NCBI GenBank assembly: GCA_964588985.1
Contig: CAZPQW010000001.1
Span: forward strand, 224,001-288,000
DNA: 64,000 bases
Source of the DNA: an uncultured Solirubrobacteraceae bacterium
Lineage (GTDB): Bacteria > Actinomycetota > Thermoleophilia > Solirubrobacterales > Solirubrobacteraceae
Direction of reading: 5' to 3'
Of the stretch, positions 39,889 through 48,956 are shown one piece after another. The notes under the pieces were generated by a model. It was not told where the DNA came from, searched no databases, and worked only from the letters and a program-made list of their open reading frames with translations. The position numbers and the translations under genes are program-made. Every line of letters begins with the position of its first letter. Positions within the stretch are counted from its first letter, which is position 1.

Positions 39889-40554
39889 ATGCGGCCTGCG
39901 CTGAATGACGTCCTGGACAAGGCTGCGCGCCTGCAGGAATTGGTCCCTGGCGCAGCCTTGGTCGGGGGATCGGCCGCGGCGTTCTACGCTCACCATCGGG
40001 AGTCGCAAGATCACGACCATGTCGTCACGGATCTGGGAGAGCGTTTCGACTCGATCCTCGAGAACCTGGAGGCGCTCGGGGATTGGTCGACCGCCAGAGC
40101 CCAGCCTGGGAAGATCATCTTGGGCGAACTTGGCGGCATCGAGACGGGGGTCCGGCAACTGCTTCGCAGCCGGCCCTTGGAGACCGTTGAGATCGACGTG
40201 GACGGCAGGCATCTCGTCGTGCCAACCGCCGCGGAGATCCTGCGGATCAAGGCATGGCTCGCGCTGAGTCGCAACCAGACCCGCGACTACCTCGACATCG
40301 CAGCTCTCGCGGATAGCATCGGACTCGACGACGCGGCTGCCGTCTTGCGAGACATCGACGATTACTACGCCGACATCAACCGCCGTCCAGAGGCGGTATC
40401 CACACAGCTCGTGAGGCAGCTGGCAGACCCACGACCGCGAGATGCAGAGGTCACGACACAGCTTGCCAGCTACAAGGCGCTCGACATGCGCTGGCACGAG
40501 TGGTCAACGGTCAAGGCGGTCCTTTCAGAACTCGCGGAGGCGATGGTGCGGTGA
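39889..40554 (+). CDS. AbiEii/MenT-like nucleotidyltransferase toxin
   Basis: LVGGSAA...HRESQDHD (GG..R.S.D.D), IK...RNQTRDYLD motifs. Confidence 0.8.
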   Translation: MRPALNDVLDKAARLQELVPGAALVGGSAAAFYAHHRESQDHDHVVTDLGERFDSILENLEALGDWSTARAQPGKIILGELGGIETGVRQLLRSRPLETVEIDVDGRHLVVPTAAEILRIKAWLALSRNQTRDYLDIAALADSIGLDDAAAVLRDIDDYYADINRRPEAVSTQLVRQLADPRPRDAEVTTQLASYKALDMRWHEWSTVKAVLSELAEAMVR

Positions 40555-40994
40555 CGATGCAATTTCGCAACCTGGACTTCGATTCCGACGCCCCGCTGGA
40601 CCTGTGGCCGGCCGAGGCAATCGAGACAGTCATGGACCGTGGCTCACTATCGGACTGGCGTCGTCTCGCTGATGCGATCCGGCAAAACCCCTGGGGTCCC
40701 GCTGCGCGCACAGCTGAGGCCGTGGCTGCTTGGGGCGAGCACTATGGCGTCGATGCGCTGATGATCAATGTGATTCGTCACGCCCGTGAAGACATTGCCC
40801 AGCGAGGACGAGCCGAGTACGCCGCGCAAATCCGCTCGTGGCGCGCGCAGGCAGGGATGACGCTACGCCAGTTCGCGCTCGCGGCTGGCACTTCGGCTTC
40901 TCGGCTATCCGACTACGAGAACGCGAAGGTTGCCCCGACCACAGATGTGCTCGGCCGCCTCAACCATGTCGCTACGCATCTGCGTGACTCATAG
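40551..40994 (+). CDS. XRE-type HTH protein (putative antitoxin/repressor)
   Basis: GTGA overlap; RAQAGMTLRQFALAAGTSASRLSDYENAKVAP. Confidence 0.85.
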   Translation: MTMQFRNLDFDSDAPLDLWPAEAIETVMDRGSLSDWRRLADAIRQNPWGPAARTAEAVAAWGEHYGVDALMINVIRHAREDIAQRGRAEYAAQIRSWRAQAGMTLRQFALAAGTSASRLSDYENAKVAPTTDVLGRLNHVATHLRDS

Positions 40995-41076
40995 CCAAGC
41001 GAAGGGCTTGCCGGATCGTTCACTACGCATGACCCCACAAGCAATCGCTGCTCGTCCGTCGCTGCATTCTCCATCG

Positions 41077-41928
41077 CTATCCGGTCCAAGACGTGTCATC
41101 GAGCTGTGGCGTCTCGCCGAAGCTCTCGGCGTGCCGTACCATCCACGCAGCCACGTCGCGACACGGCGCCGCCCACAGCTCGCGGTCGTCCACCGCCGCT
41201 CGCACGTGGGCGAGAACGTCGCGCACGGCATCGAGCTCCAGCTCGATCATCCAAGTGTGTAACACCAGCGTCGCGTGTCCACCATCTGCGATCGCGTCAT
41301 CCACGCTCTGCAGCAAAGCCGCGCACACCGCGTCCGCGCCGCCCGCCTCGCTGTCGCCGGTGACATGCTCGCGCAGCGCCGCGAACGTGGGCAACACGTG
41401 AAACGCGTCCACCGCGGGCCACGCGAACGGCAGCACAACCACACCGTCGATGCCCGCCGCGCTGCCCGCCGGAGAGCAGTGGCGCAGCCCCCGGCTCTCG
41501 AGCAGCTCGAGCGTCCTAGGGGTGAGTCGTCCACCCGGTGGGCGAAACCCAACGACCTCGATGTCGATCTCGCGCAGCGCCGCGAGGCCCCGGTCGAGGT
41601 TCGCGGCCTCCGCGTCGGCGTCGAGCGTCGACCAGTCCTCGTGGCACCACGCGTGGTAGGCGACCTCGTGTCCCGCGTCGTCGATCTCGATCAGCGCGTC
41701 GGGGTAGGTCTCAGCGTTGACTCCCTCGATGAAGAACGTCGCGCTCAGCCGAGCAGCGGCCAGCGCGTCGATCACGATCGGCAGCGCGGTGGTGACGGAG
41801 TAGTGATCGCCACGCGGCTCGTCCGCGGCTCGCAGTCCCAGCTCGATCTCGGCGGCCTCGCCGAGGTTGTCGACCGTGATCGACACGGCCGCGCGGGCGC
41901 CTCCGGGCCAGACCGGGGCGCCACTCAT
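41077..41928 (-). CDS. Polysaccharide deacetylase family protein
   Basis: WPGGARAAVSITVD, ATFFIEG, GHEVAYHAWCHE, GFRPP. Confidence 0.88.
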   Translation of the reverse strand: MSGAPVWPGGARAAVSITVDNLGEAAEIELGLRAADEPRGDHYSVTTALPIVIDALAAARLSATFFIEGVNAETYPDALIEIDDAGHEVAYHAWCHEDWSTLDADAEAANLDRGLAALREIDIEVVGFRPPGGRLTPRTLELLESRGLRHCSPAGSAAGIDGVVVLPFAWPAVDAFHVLPTFAALREHVTGDSEAGGADAVCAALLQSVDDAIADGGHATLVLHTWMIELELDAVRDVLAHVRAAVDDRELWAAPCRDVAAWMVRHAESFGETPQLDDTSWTG

Positions 41929-42479
41929 CCCGTCGGCGCTTCCCGCTCTTCGCCATCGAGCAGCGCGGCGCTCCAGTGCTCCGGGTCGCGACGCGCCTGC
42001 TCCTTGGCCCACCTGAAGTGGTGGCGCGCGGACTCGAGCAGCAGCGGCGCCGTCGCGATCCCCGCGATCGTGTACTTCAGGTGCTCGCGGCGGGTCTCCA
42101 GCAGCACGCTCCCGACGCCCCCGAACAGCCACGCCCACAGCAGCGCGTTGTAGTACGGCATCTGCTCCGGCGTGAGGCCCTCGGCCTCGTCGAGCCACGG
42201 CAGCGCTCCCCAGCGCAGCGACCACGGCCAGTCGGCGAAGTGCACTCCCATCCCCGCGATCGCCACGCCCGCGTTGAACGCGAGCAGCGGACCGTCGCGG
42301 TCGTTGCCGACCAGCGCGCGCGTGAAGCCCACCGGGAGTGTCACGCTCCACAGCACGTTCGTCGCCCGGCGCCCGATCCATGGCTCGAGGAACACCCCCA
42401 CGCCCGCCTTGCGCTCGAAGCCGTTGTGCGCCGCCGCACCCAACGTCGCGAGCGCGTTGAGCGGCTTGAAGACCCTCAC
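41925..42479 (-). CDS. Hypothetical membrane protein
   Basis: TACGAT 7 nt before GTG; several TM segments with His residues. Confidence 0.7.
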   Translation of the reverse strand: MRVFKPLNALATLGAAAHNGFERKAGVGVFLEPWIGRRATNVLWSVTLPVGFTRALVGNDRDGPLLAFNAGVAIAGMGVHFADWPWSLRWGALPWLDEAEGLTPEQMPYYNALLWAWLFGGVGSVLLETRREHLKYTIAGIATAPLLLESARHHFRWAKEQARRDPEHWSAALLDGEEREAPTG

Positions 42480-42498
42480 ACCGTTGATCGTACGACGC

Positions 42499-44307
42499 TC
42501 AGCTCTCGAGCGCCTCCGACGTCTCCAGCCACGAGGTCTCGAGCGTTTCCCGCTCGCTCGCCACCTGCTCCAGCTCTCTCTGAAGTTGCGCCAGTTGCGC
42601 ATGGTCGGATGCGTTGGCCGCCATCTGCTCGTTCAACGTCGTCTCGCGCTCCGACAACTGCTCGATCGCTCGTTCAAGCCGCTTGAGCTCGCGCGCGGAG
42701 CGCTGGGCCTCCTTGCGCGCGGCACGGATCTGCGCGCCCGCGGGAACGCCGTCGGCTCGCGGCGCATCCGTGCTCGCCGCCGCCTCCTCGGCCCGTCGCT
42801 CCTCGACGTACTGCTCGATCCCGCCGGGCAGGTGGCGGATCCCGCCGTCGGCGGTGAGCGCATACACGTTGTCGCACACGCGCTCGGCGAAGTAGCGGTC
42901 GTGGCTCACCACCACGAGCGTGCCCGGCCAGCCGTCGAGCAGGTCCTCGAGCGCGGTTAGGGTGTCGATGTCGAGGTCGTTAGTGGGCTCGTCGAGCAGC
43001 AGCACGTTCGGCTCGCCCATCAGCAGGCGCATCAGCGCGAGGCGCCTGCGCTCGCCGCCGGACAGCTCGCTCACGATCGTGCGCGCCTTCTCGCCGCGGA
43101 AGCCGAAGCGGTCGCACAGCATCGCCGCGGTGATCTCCTGCCCGTCGCTGAGCGTCGCGTGGCCGCGGACCTCCTCGAGAGACTCGAGCACACGCAGGTG
43201 CTCGGGGATCTCCACCGTGTCCTGCGAGAGGTGTGCGACGCGGACGGTCGCGCCCCGCGTCACCCTGCCGGACGTCGGCTCCATCTCGCCCGCGAGCAGC
43301 TTTACGAGCGACGTCTTGCCCGACCCGTTCACGCCCACCACCGCCACACGATCACCGGGGCCGAGGCGCCACGTCAAGTCGTGCAGCACCTCGCGCGAGC
43401 CGAGCGTCAGCGACACGTCGACAGCGTCGAGCACCTTGTCGCCGAGGCGCGAGGTGGCGAAGCGCAGTAGCTCCGTCTGGTCGCGCGCCTGGGGCTCGTT
43501 CTCGATCAACGCGTTCGCCGCGTCGATGCGGAACTTCGGCTTGCTCGTGCGCGCCGGCGGTCCGCGCCGCAGCCACGCGAGCTCCTTGCGCAGCAGCTGC
43601 TGGCGGCGGCCCTCGCGCGCGCTCTCCTGGCGGTCGCGCTCGGCGCGCGCGAGCACGTATGCGGCGTAGCCGCCCTCGTACTGGTGCACCGCGCCGTCTG
43701 ACACCTCCCACGTGGACGTGCACACCGCGTCGAGGAACCAGCGGTCGTGGGTCACCACGAGCATCGAGCCGCGGCGGGCGGCGAGGTGCCGTGCGAGCCA
43801 ATCCACGCCTTCCACGTCGAGGTGGTTCGTCGGCTCGTCGAGCAGCAGCAGCTCGGGTGGGTCGAGCAGCAGGCGCGCCAAAGCGATGCGCCGACGCTCG
43901 CCGCCCGACAGTCCAGCGATCGGCGTGTCCATCCCGTGTGCGAACAGCGACAGCGCCATGCCGCCCATCAGGCCGTCGAGCACGTCACGAAACGCGCTGT
44001 CCGCGGCCCACTCGTGCTCCGCGCGTTCGCCCACGAGGACCTCGCGGATCGTGCGGAGCTCGTCCAGCTCGTCGCGCTGCCCCAGCAGCGCAACGCCCAC
44101 GTCGCCCGTCCGCGTGAGCGCTCCCGTGTCGGGCTCCTCCACGCCGGCGATCAGCCGCAGCAGCGTCGACTTGCCGCCGCCGTTCTGGCCCACCACACCG
44201 ATGCGCTCGCCGGCGGAGACCCCGAGCGTGACGTCGTGCAGCACCGAGCGGCTGCCGTAGCCCTTGGCCACGGACTTGAGGTTCACGAGGTTGCGCGGTG
44301 CGGGCAT
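42499..44307 (-). CDS. ABC-F family ATP-binding protein (Uup-like)
   Basis: Two Walker A/LSGGE/DEPTN sets, no TM, C-terminal coiled coil. Confidence 0.93.
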   Translation of the reverse strand: MPAPRNLVNLKSVAKGYGSRSVLHDVTLGVSAGERIGVVGQNGGGKSTLLRLIAGVEEPDTGALTRTGDVGVALLGQRDELDELRTIREVLVGERAEHEWAADSAFRDVLDGLMGGMALSLFAHGMDTPIAGLSGGERRRIALARLLLDPPELLLLDEPTNHLDVEGVDWLARHLAARRGSMLVVTHDRWFLDAVCTSTWEVSDGAVHQYEGGYAAYVLARAERDRQESAREGRRQQLLRKELAWLRRGPPARTSKPKFRIDAANALIENEPQARDQTELLRFATSRLGDKVLDAVDVSLTLGSREVLHDLTWRLGPGDRVAVVGVNGSGKTSLVKLLAGEMEPTSGRVTRGATVRVAHLSQDTVEIPEHLRVLESLEEVRGHATLSDGQEITAAMLCDRFGFRGEKARTIVSELSGGERRRLALMRLLMGEPNVLLLDEPTNDLDIDTLTALEDLLDGWPGTLVVVSHDRYFAERVCDNVYALTADGGIRHLPGGIEQYVEERRAEEAAASTDAPRADGVPAGAQIRAARKEAQRSARELKRLERAIEQLSERETTLNEQMAANASDHAQLAQLQRELEQVASERETLETSWLETSEALES

Positions 44308-44354
44308 CGGGTGCCCCATCCTCGCCGATCGACACTCGCACTACGATCCACGCG

Positions 44355-45449
44355 ATGAGAGGCCGGCGACACAGCCTTTGGGTTCGGACGCTCGGTCTCA
44401 CGGCCGCGCTGCTGGCGAGCGGAGCGGTCGCGACCTCCTCGGCGCCCGCCGCCGCGATCCCAGCCGCTACGTCGCCGTTCTCGGGCACCGCGCTGTGGAT
44501 CAAACAGGTGCCATCGCAGTCCACCCCGCAGGCGCTCGCGGCGCAGGCGACCCAGAGCGGCGCGCGCACGCTGTTCGTGAAGGCCGCCGATGGCTCCACG
44601 CCCGATCCTCAGTTCACCCCCGCGCTCGTAGCCGGGCTGCGGGCCGCCGGGGTGTCGGTGTGCGGCTGGACGTTCGCGTACGGGCAGAGCCCGCTCGGCG
44701 AGGCCGCCGCCGCGGTGGCGGCCGTACGGTCGGGAGCACAGTGCCTGGTGGTAGACGCCGAGGGTCAGTACGACAAGCTCTACGGCGCGGCGCAGCTGTT
44801 CGTGAGCAGCCTGCGCTCGCAGCTCGGGCCGCGCTTCCCGATCGGATTGGCGGGCCAGGCGGAGGTCCTGCAGCACCCCACGTTCCCCTACTCGGTGTTT
44901 CTCGGGCCGGGCGGCTTCGACTTCGACATGCCGCAGATCTACTGGCGGGAACTCGGTGTGAGCGTCGACGCCGCATACGCCGCGACGATCGGATCCAATG
45001 CCATCTACGGCCGCCCGATCGTCCCAGTCGGGCAGATCTTCGGCGCGCCGGCACCGACTGCACTGGCGCGCTTTCGCGCTCTTGCCCGCGCGTACGGCTC
45101 CCCCGGCGCGAGCTTTTTCGATCTCGACGCCGCGCTGCCGGAAGCGCTCGCGGCGCTCGCCGCCCCGGTGGTGAGGCTCGCGCGCCGACCTGTCGTCGCG
45201 CCGACGCTCCACGCGGGAGCGGACGGGGATGAGGTCGTGTGGGCCCAGGAGCTGCTCGACGCTGCCGGTGCGCATCTCCCTGTAGGTGGCTTCTTCGGCG
45301 CCCAGACCGCACGTGCGCTGGCTCGCTTTCAGGCGCGACACCGCCTGCGCCCCAACGGGGTGCTCGGCCCGGCGACGTGGAGGGCGCTGATGCGCCTGCG
45401 CCCCCGCGAGCCGTCGTGGGCCGGAGGGCCGCCCGACAGCGCCCGGTAG
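44355..45449 (+). CDS. Secreted glycoside-hydrolase-like protein with C-terminal peptidoglycan-binding domain
   Basis: Signal peptide; VVDAE, MPQIYW; GFFGAQTARALARFQARHRL...GPATW. Confidence 0.78.
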   Translation: MRGRRHSLWVRTLGLTAALLASGAVATSSAPAAAIPAATSPFSGTALWIKQVPSQSTPQALAAQATQSGARTLFVKAADGSTPDPQFTPALVAGLRAAGVSVCGWTFAYGQSPLGEAAAAVAAVRSGAQCLVVDAEGQYDKLYGAAQLFVSSLRSQLGPRFPIGLAGQAEVLQHPTFPYSVFLGPGGFDFDMPQIYWRELGVSVDAAYAATIGSNAIYGRPIVPVGQIFGAPAPTALARFRALARAYGSPGASFFDLDAALPEALAALAAPVVRLARRPVVAPTLHAGADGDEVVWAQELLDAAGAHLPVGGFFGAQTARALARFQARHRLRPNGVLGPATWRALMRLRPREPSWAGGPPDSAR

Positions 45450-45490
45450 CCCATAGGGCGCCCGTCCACCAGGTCGAATAATCTGCCCTC

Positions 45491-45952
45491 GTGGTCGTCG
45501 CGGTCGCGTTCTACGACGTCGTGCTCTGGGTGCACATCACCGCCGTGATCGCCGCGTTCGGAGCGCTGTTCGCCTACCCCGTTTTCCTCGCGGTCAACGC
45601 AAAGGCGCCGCTCGCCCAGCGGGCCAACTTCCACCGTCTGCAGATCGCGTTCAGCAAACGCGTCACCGGCCCGGTGATCGGCGTGGTGCTGCTCGCCGGG
45701 ATCTATCTCGCCAGCGACCACCATCTCTGGTCTCACACGTGGGTGGTGGTGCCGTTCGTCCTGCTGCTGGTGATCGCGGGCCTCGGGGCGACGGTGCTGC
45801 GCCAGGGCGAGAAGCAGCTGATCGCCTCATCCGAGGCGGAGGACGAGCCTGCCTATGCGGCCGCCCTCGCGACTGTCCAGACGTGGACGTTCGTGACGAT
45901 CGCGCTGATCGTGATCACGGTGTTCTTCATGGCCGCGAAGCCGTTCGGCTAG
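45491..45952 (+). CDS. DUF2269-like four-TM membrane protein
   Basis: LWVHITAV, C-terminal FMAAKPF. Confidence 0.75.
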   Translation: MVVAVAFYDVVLWVHITAVIAAFGALFAYPVFLAVNAKAPLAQRANFHRLQIAFSKRVTGPVIGVVLLAGIYLASDHHLWSHTWVVVPFVLLLVIAGLGATVLRQGEKQLIASSEAEDEPAYAAALATVQTWTFVTIALIVITVFFMAAKPFG

Positions 45953-45977
45953 GGAGCCGTCGCGCCCGCCGGGAGCG

Positions 45978-46985
45978 TCACACCCGCACGATCACCTTGC
46001 CGGTGTTGCCGCCGGTGAACAGCAGGTTGAGCGCGTCGGGCGCGTGCTCGAGGCCGTCCACGATGTGCTCCGCGGACTTGATCTTCCCGGCGGCGAGCCA
46101 GCCCGCCATCTCCGCCTGACCCGCGGGGAAGCGGTCGAAGTAGTCGAGGATGATGAAGCCCTCCATCCGCCCGCGGCGGATCAGCAGCGACAGGTAGTTC
46201 GCCGGACCGGTGGGGCGCCCGTCGTTGTTGTAGCCGGAGATCGCACCGCACAGCACCACCCGGCCGCGCATCGCGAGCTGCGCGAGGCACGCGTCGAGGA
46301 TCTCCCCGCCGACGTTGTCGAAGTACAGGTCGATCCCCTGCGGCGCCTCCTCGCGCAGGCGCTTGGCGACATCCTCTGACTTGTAGTCGATCGCCGCGTC
46401 GAAGCCGAGCTCGTCGACGATCCACGCGCACTTCTCCGAGCCGCCCGCGATCCCGATCACCTTCCCCGCGCCCTTGATCCGTGCGATCTGCCCGACGGTC
46501 GAGCCGGTCGCGCCGCCCGCGCCGGAAACCACCACCACGTCGCCCTCCTGCACGCGGCCAACGTCGAGCAGACCGAAGTAGGCGGTCATGCCGGTGATGC
46601 CGAGCACGCCGAGCGCCGCGGTGGGGGACACGCCCGCGGGCAGGCTCTGCATCGTCCGCGCTCCCTCGTCCGCGATCACGTAGTCCTGCCAGCCGGTCAT
46701 CCCGAACAGCAGCTCGCCGAGCTTGTATTGGGGCGTGTTGCTCTCGATCACCTCGGCGATCCCTCCGGCGCGCACCACTTCGTCGATCGCGATCGGAGGC
46801 AGGTAGCCGGGCGCGTCGTCCATCCACGTGCGGATCGTCGGGTCGATCGACAGGTAGCGCACGCGCGCGAGCGCCTCGCCAGGACCGGCGACGGGAATGT
46901 CGGTCTCCTCCATGCGGATCGTCCGCTCGTTCACCATCCCCGACGGGCGCTCGGCCAGGACCAGACGACGATTACGCTCGCTCAC
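45978..46985 (-). CDS. NADP-dependent oxidoreductase (CurA/PTGR-like MDR)
   Basis: YLSIDP, GMTAYFGL, YFDNVGG, GGNTGK. Confidence 0.93.
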   Translation of the reverse strand: MSERNRRLVLAERPSGMVNERTIRMEETDIPVAGPGEALARVRYLSIDPTIRTWMDDAPGYLPPIAIDEVVRAGGIAEVIESNTPQYKLGELLFGMTGWQDYVIADEGARTMQSLPAGVSPTAALGVLGITGMTAYFGLLDVGRVQEGDVVVVSGAGGATGSTVGQIARIKGAGKVIGIAGGSEKCAWIVDELGFDAAIDYKSEDVAKRLREEAPQGIDLYFDNVGGEILDACLAQLAMRGRVVLCGAISGYNNDGRPTGPANYLSLLIRRGRMEGFIILDYFDRFPAGQAEMAGWLAAGKIKSAEHIVDGLEHAPDALNLLFTGGNTGKVIVRV

Positions 46986-47398
46986 TCGGTGCTCCCCTCG
47001 TTGGTTGGTGTGGCATGGCGCTCGCGCTGGACTCTCGCGATCCATCCGCCCAGCGCGCTCAGAAGCATCCCCGCGATCGCGGTCACCACCGCGAGCAGCG
47101 GCGGGAAGCTGCCGAGCGAGACCAGTGCGTGCGTGCCGACGATCGCGTGCGCGACGAGGAGGCCGACGCCGTAGATGCCGCCGGCGACGAGTCCCCGGTC
47201 GGCGCCGCCCCAGCCGTCGAGGTGCTCGAAACCCGCTACGACGCTCGCGACGGCCACCACCGCGGCGTATCCCCAGTAGGCGCCGCTCGAGGCGCCCACG
47301 AGGACCCCCGCGACCGCGCCGGCGATCGCCGGGATGACGCCGCCGATGACGATCTGCGCGGGACGCTCACGGTCGCGAAACAGGACAGGCTGGTACAT
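46982..47398 (-). CDS. Hypothetical membrane protein
   Basis: GGAGGGG RBS; four hydrophobic segments; stop overlaps next GTG. Confidence 0.72.
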   Translation of the reverse strand: MYQPVLFRDRERPAQIVIGGVIPAIAGAVAGVLVGASSGAYWGYAAVVAVASVVAGFEHLDGWGGADRGLVAGGIYGVGLLVAHAIVGTHALVSLGSFPPLLAVVTAIAGMLLSALGGWIARVQRERHATPTNEGSTE

Positions 47399-47449
47399 CG
47401 GATCCCCTCCTCCAAGAGTGGTCTCCAACACTACCGGACGGGTTGACTC

Positions 47450-47881
47450 CTAATGGCGTGGCCGTGGCTTATTGGCAGGTGGGTTGCGGCGGAGGTCCTG
47501 CCAGAACTGGCGGGGCTTGCACGACGCGACCAGCGGCGCGCCCGCTGTGCGAATCGTTTCGGCGCCGGCGACGTACTCCATGCACGGGCTGGATTTCGAA
47601 GCTGGGCATTCCCCGCCGGGCGTCGAGGGCACATGGGGACGGACGGCGACCGCGACCGGGACGGTGCAGCCGCAGGCGCCGGTGGCGAACGAGCATTCGG
47701 GACGCGGCGTGGCCGACGGATGGGTCTTGCGTTCGATCAGCTCCAGCAGCGAGCGGGGGATGGCCGTCGCGCGAGCGTGGCCGGTCTGGGCGTGGCGGGC
47801 GGTGGCGTGCCCGCTGCTCACCGCGGCGAGCGCGCAAGCGATCGCGAAGCAACCGAGCAAGACAAGCACCATGCGCCTCAC
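47450..47881 (-). CDS. Secreted Cys/Pro-rich hypothetical protein
   Basis: TATCCT 6 nt before GTG; signal peptide VRRMVLVLLGCFAIACALAA; six Cys in the mature part. Confidence 0.5.
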   Translation of the reverse strand: MRRMVLVLLGCFAIACALAAVSSGHATARHAQTGHARATAIPRSLLELIERKTHPSATPRPECSFATGACGCTVPVAVAVRPHVPSTPGGECPASKSSPCMEYVAGAETIRTAGAPLVASCKPRQFWQDLRRNPPANKPRPRH

Positions 47882-47932
47882 CGGTCCAGGATAACCCGGT
47901 AGACGCGGTCGCGCACCACCTAGCATTGCCTC

Positions 47933-48949
47933 ATCTTCCGCCTCTCCGTCCTCGACCAGTCCCCGATCTCCCAGGGCTTCTCCGGCGCGCAGGCGCTGCG
48001 CAACACGCTCGAGTTGGCGCGCCTGACCGACCGCCTCGGCTACCACCGCTACTGGGTCGCCGAGCACCATGGCGGGCCGATGCTCGCGGGGCCGAGCCCG
48101 GAGGCGCTGATCGGGCCGATCGCGGCCGCGACGAAGCACATCAGGGTGGGCAGCGGGGGCGTGATGCTGCCGCACTACAGCCCGTTCAAGGTCGCCGAGA
48201 CGTTCAGCCTGCTCGCCGGTCTGTTCCCCGGGCGCATCGACCTCGGGCTGGGACGCGCCGCGGGTACCGACCCGCTGACCACGTACGCCCTGCAGCGCGA
48301 CAGGCGCCAGGCGACACCGGACGACTTTCCCCAACAGCTCGAGGAGCTGTTGGGCTATCTATATGACCGCCTCCCGAGTGACCACCCGTTCGCGCGGCTG
48401 GCGAAGATGCTCCCCGGTCTCCCGGAGCGTCCTGAGCCGTGGCTGTTGGGCTCCTCGCCGCAGAGCGCGCTGTGGGCCGCGGAGCTGGGACTGCCTTACG
48501 CGTTCGCGGACTTCATCAACCCGCGCGGAGCGGAGATCACGGCGCTCTACCGCGAGCGCTTCGCCGAACACGAACACGAGGGCCTGCACCCGCGTACGGC
48601 GGTGGCGGTGTGGACGATCTGCGCCGAGACCGACGAGGAGGCGCGGCGGCTGGCGGCGAGCGGGCGGATGACGTTCACGCTGCTGCGCCGCGGGCAGCTG
48701 ATCGCGGTGCCGCCGCCCGAGGAGGCGCTGCGGTTCCTCGAAGCCGACGACCGCTCCGCCGCGGGGCCGCGCTCGGAGCGACGCGCGGTCCTCGGTGCGC
48801 CGGCGACGGTGCGCGCGGAGCTCGAGGACGTGGTCGCCCGCTACGGCGCGGAGGAGGCGATCATCGTGTCGATCACCTACGACCACCTCGCGCGCATGCG
48901 CTCGTACGAGCTGCTCGCCGAGGCGTGCGGGTGCGAGTCGCGCCCATAG
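47933..48949 (+). CDS. LLM-class flavin-dependent oxidoreductase, apparent ATC start
   Basis: FRLSVLDQSP, YWVAEHH, RVGSGGVMLPHYSP, RIDLGLGRA; in-frame TAG at 47921. Confidence 0.88.
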   Translation: MFRLSVLDQSPISQGFSGAQALRNTLELARLTDRLGYHRYWVAEHHGGPMLAGPSPEALIGPIAAATKHIRVGSGGVMLPHYSPFKVAETFSLLAGLFPGRIDLGLGRAAGTDPLTTYALQRDRRQATPDDFPQQLEELLGYLYDRLPSDHPFARLAKMLPGLPERPEPWLLGSSPQSALWAAELGLPYAFADFINPRGAEITALYRERFAEHEHEGLHPRTAVAVWTICAETDEEARRLAASGRMTFTLLRRGQLIAVPPPEEALRFLEADDRSAAGPRSERRAVLGAPATVRAELEDVVARYGAEEAIIVSITYDHLARMRSYELLAEACGCESRP

Positions 48950-48956
48950 AGGGCTC

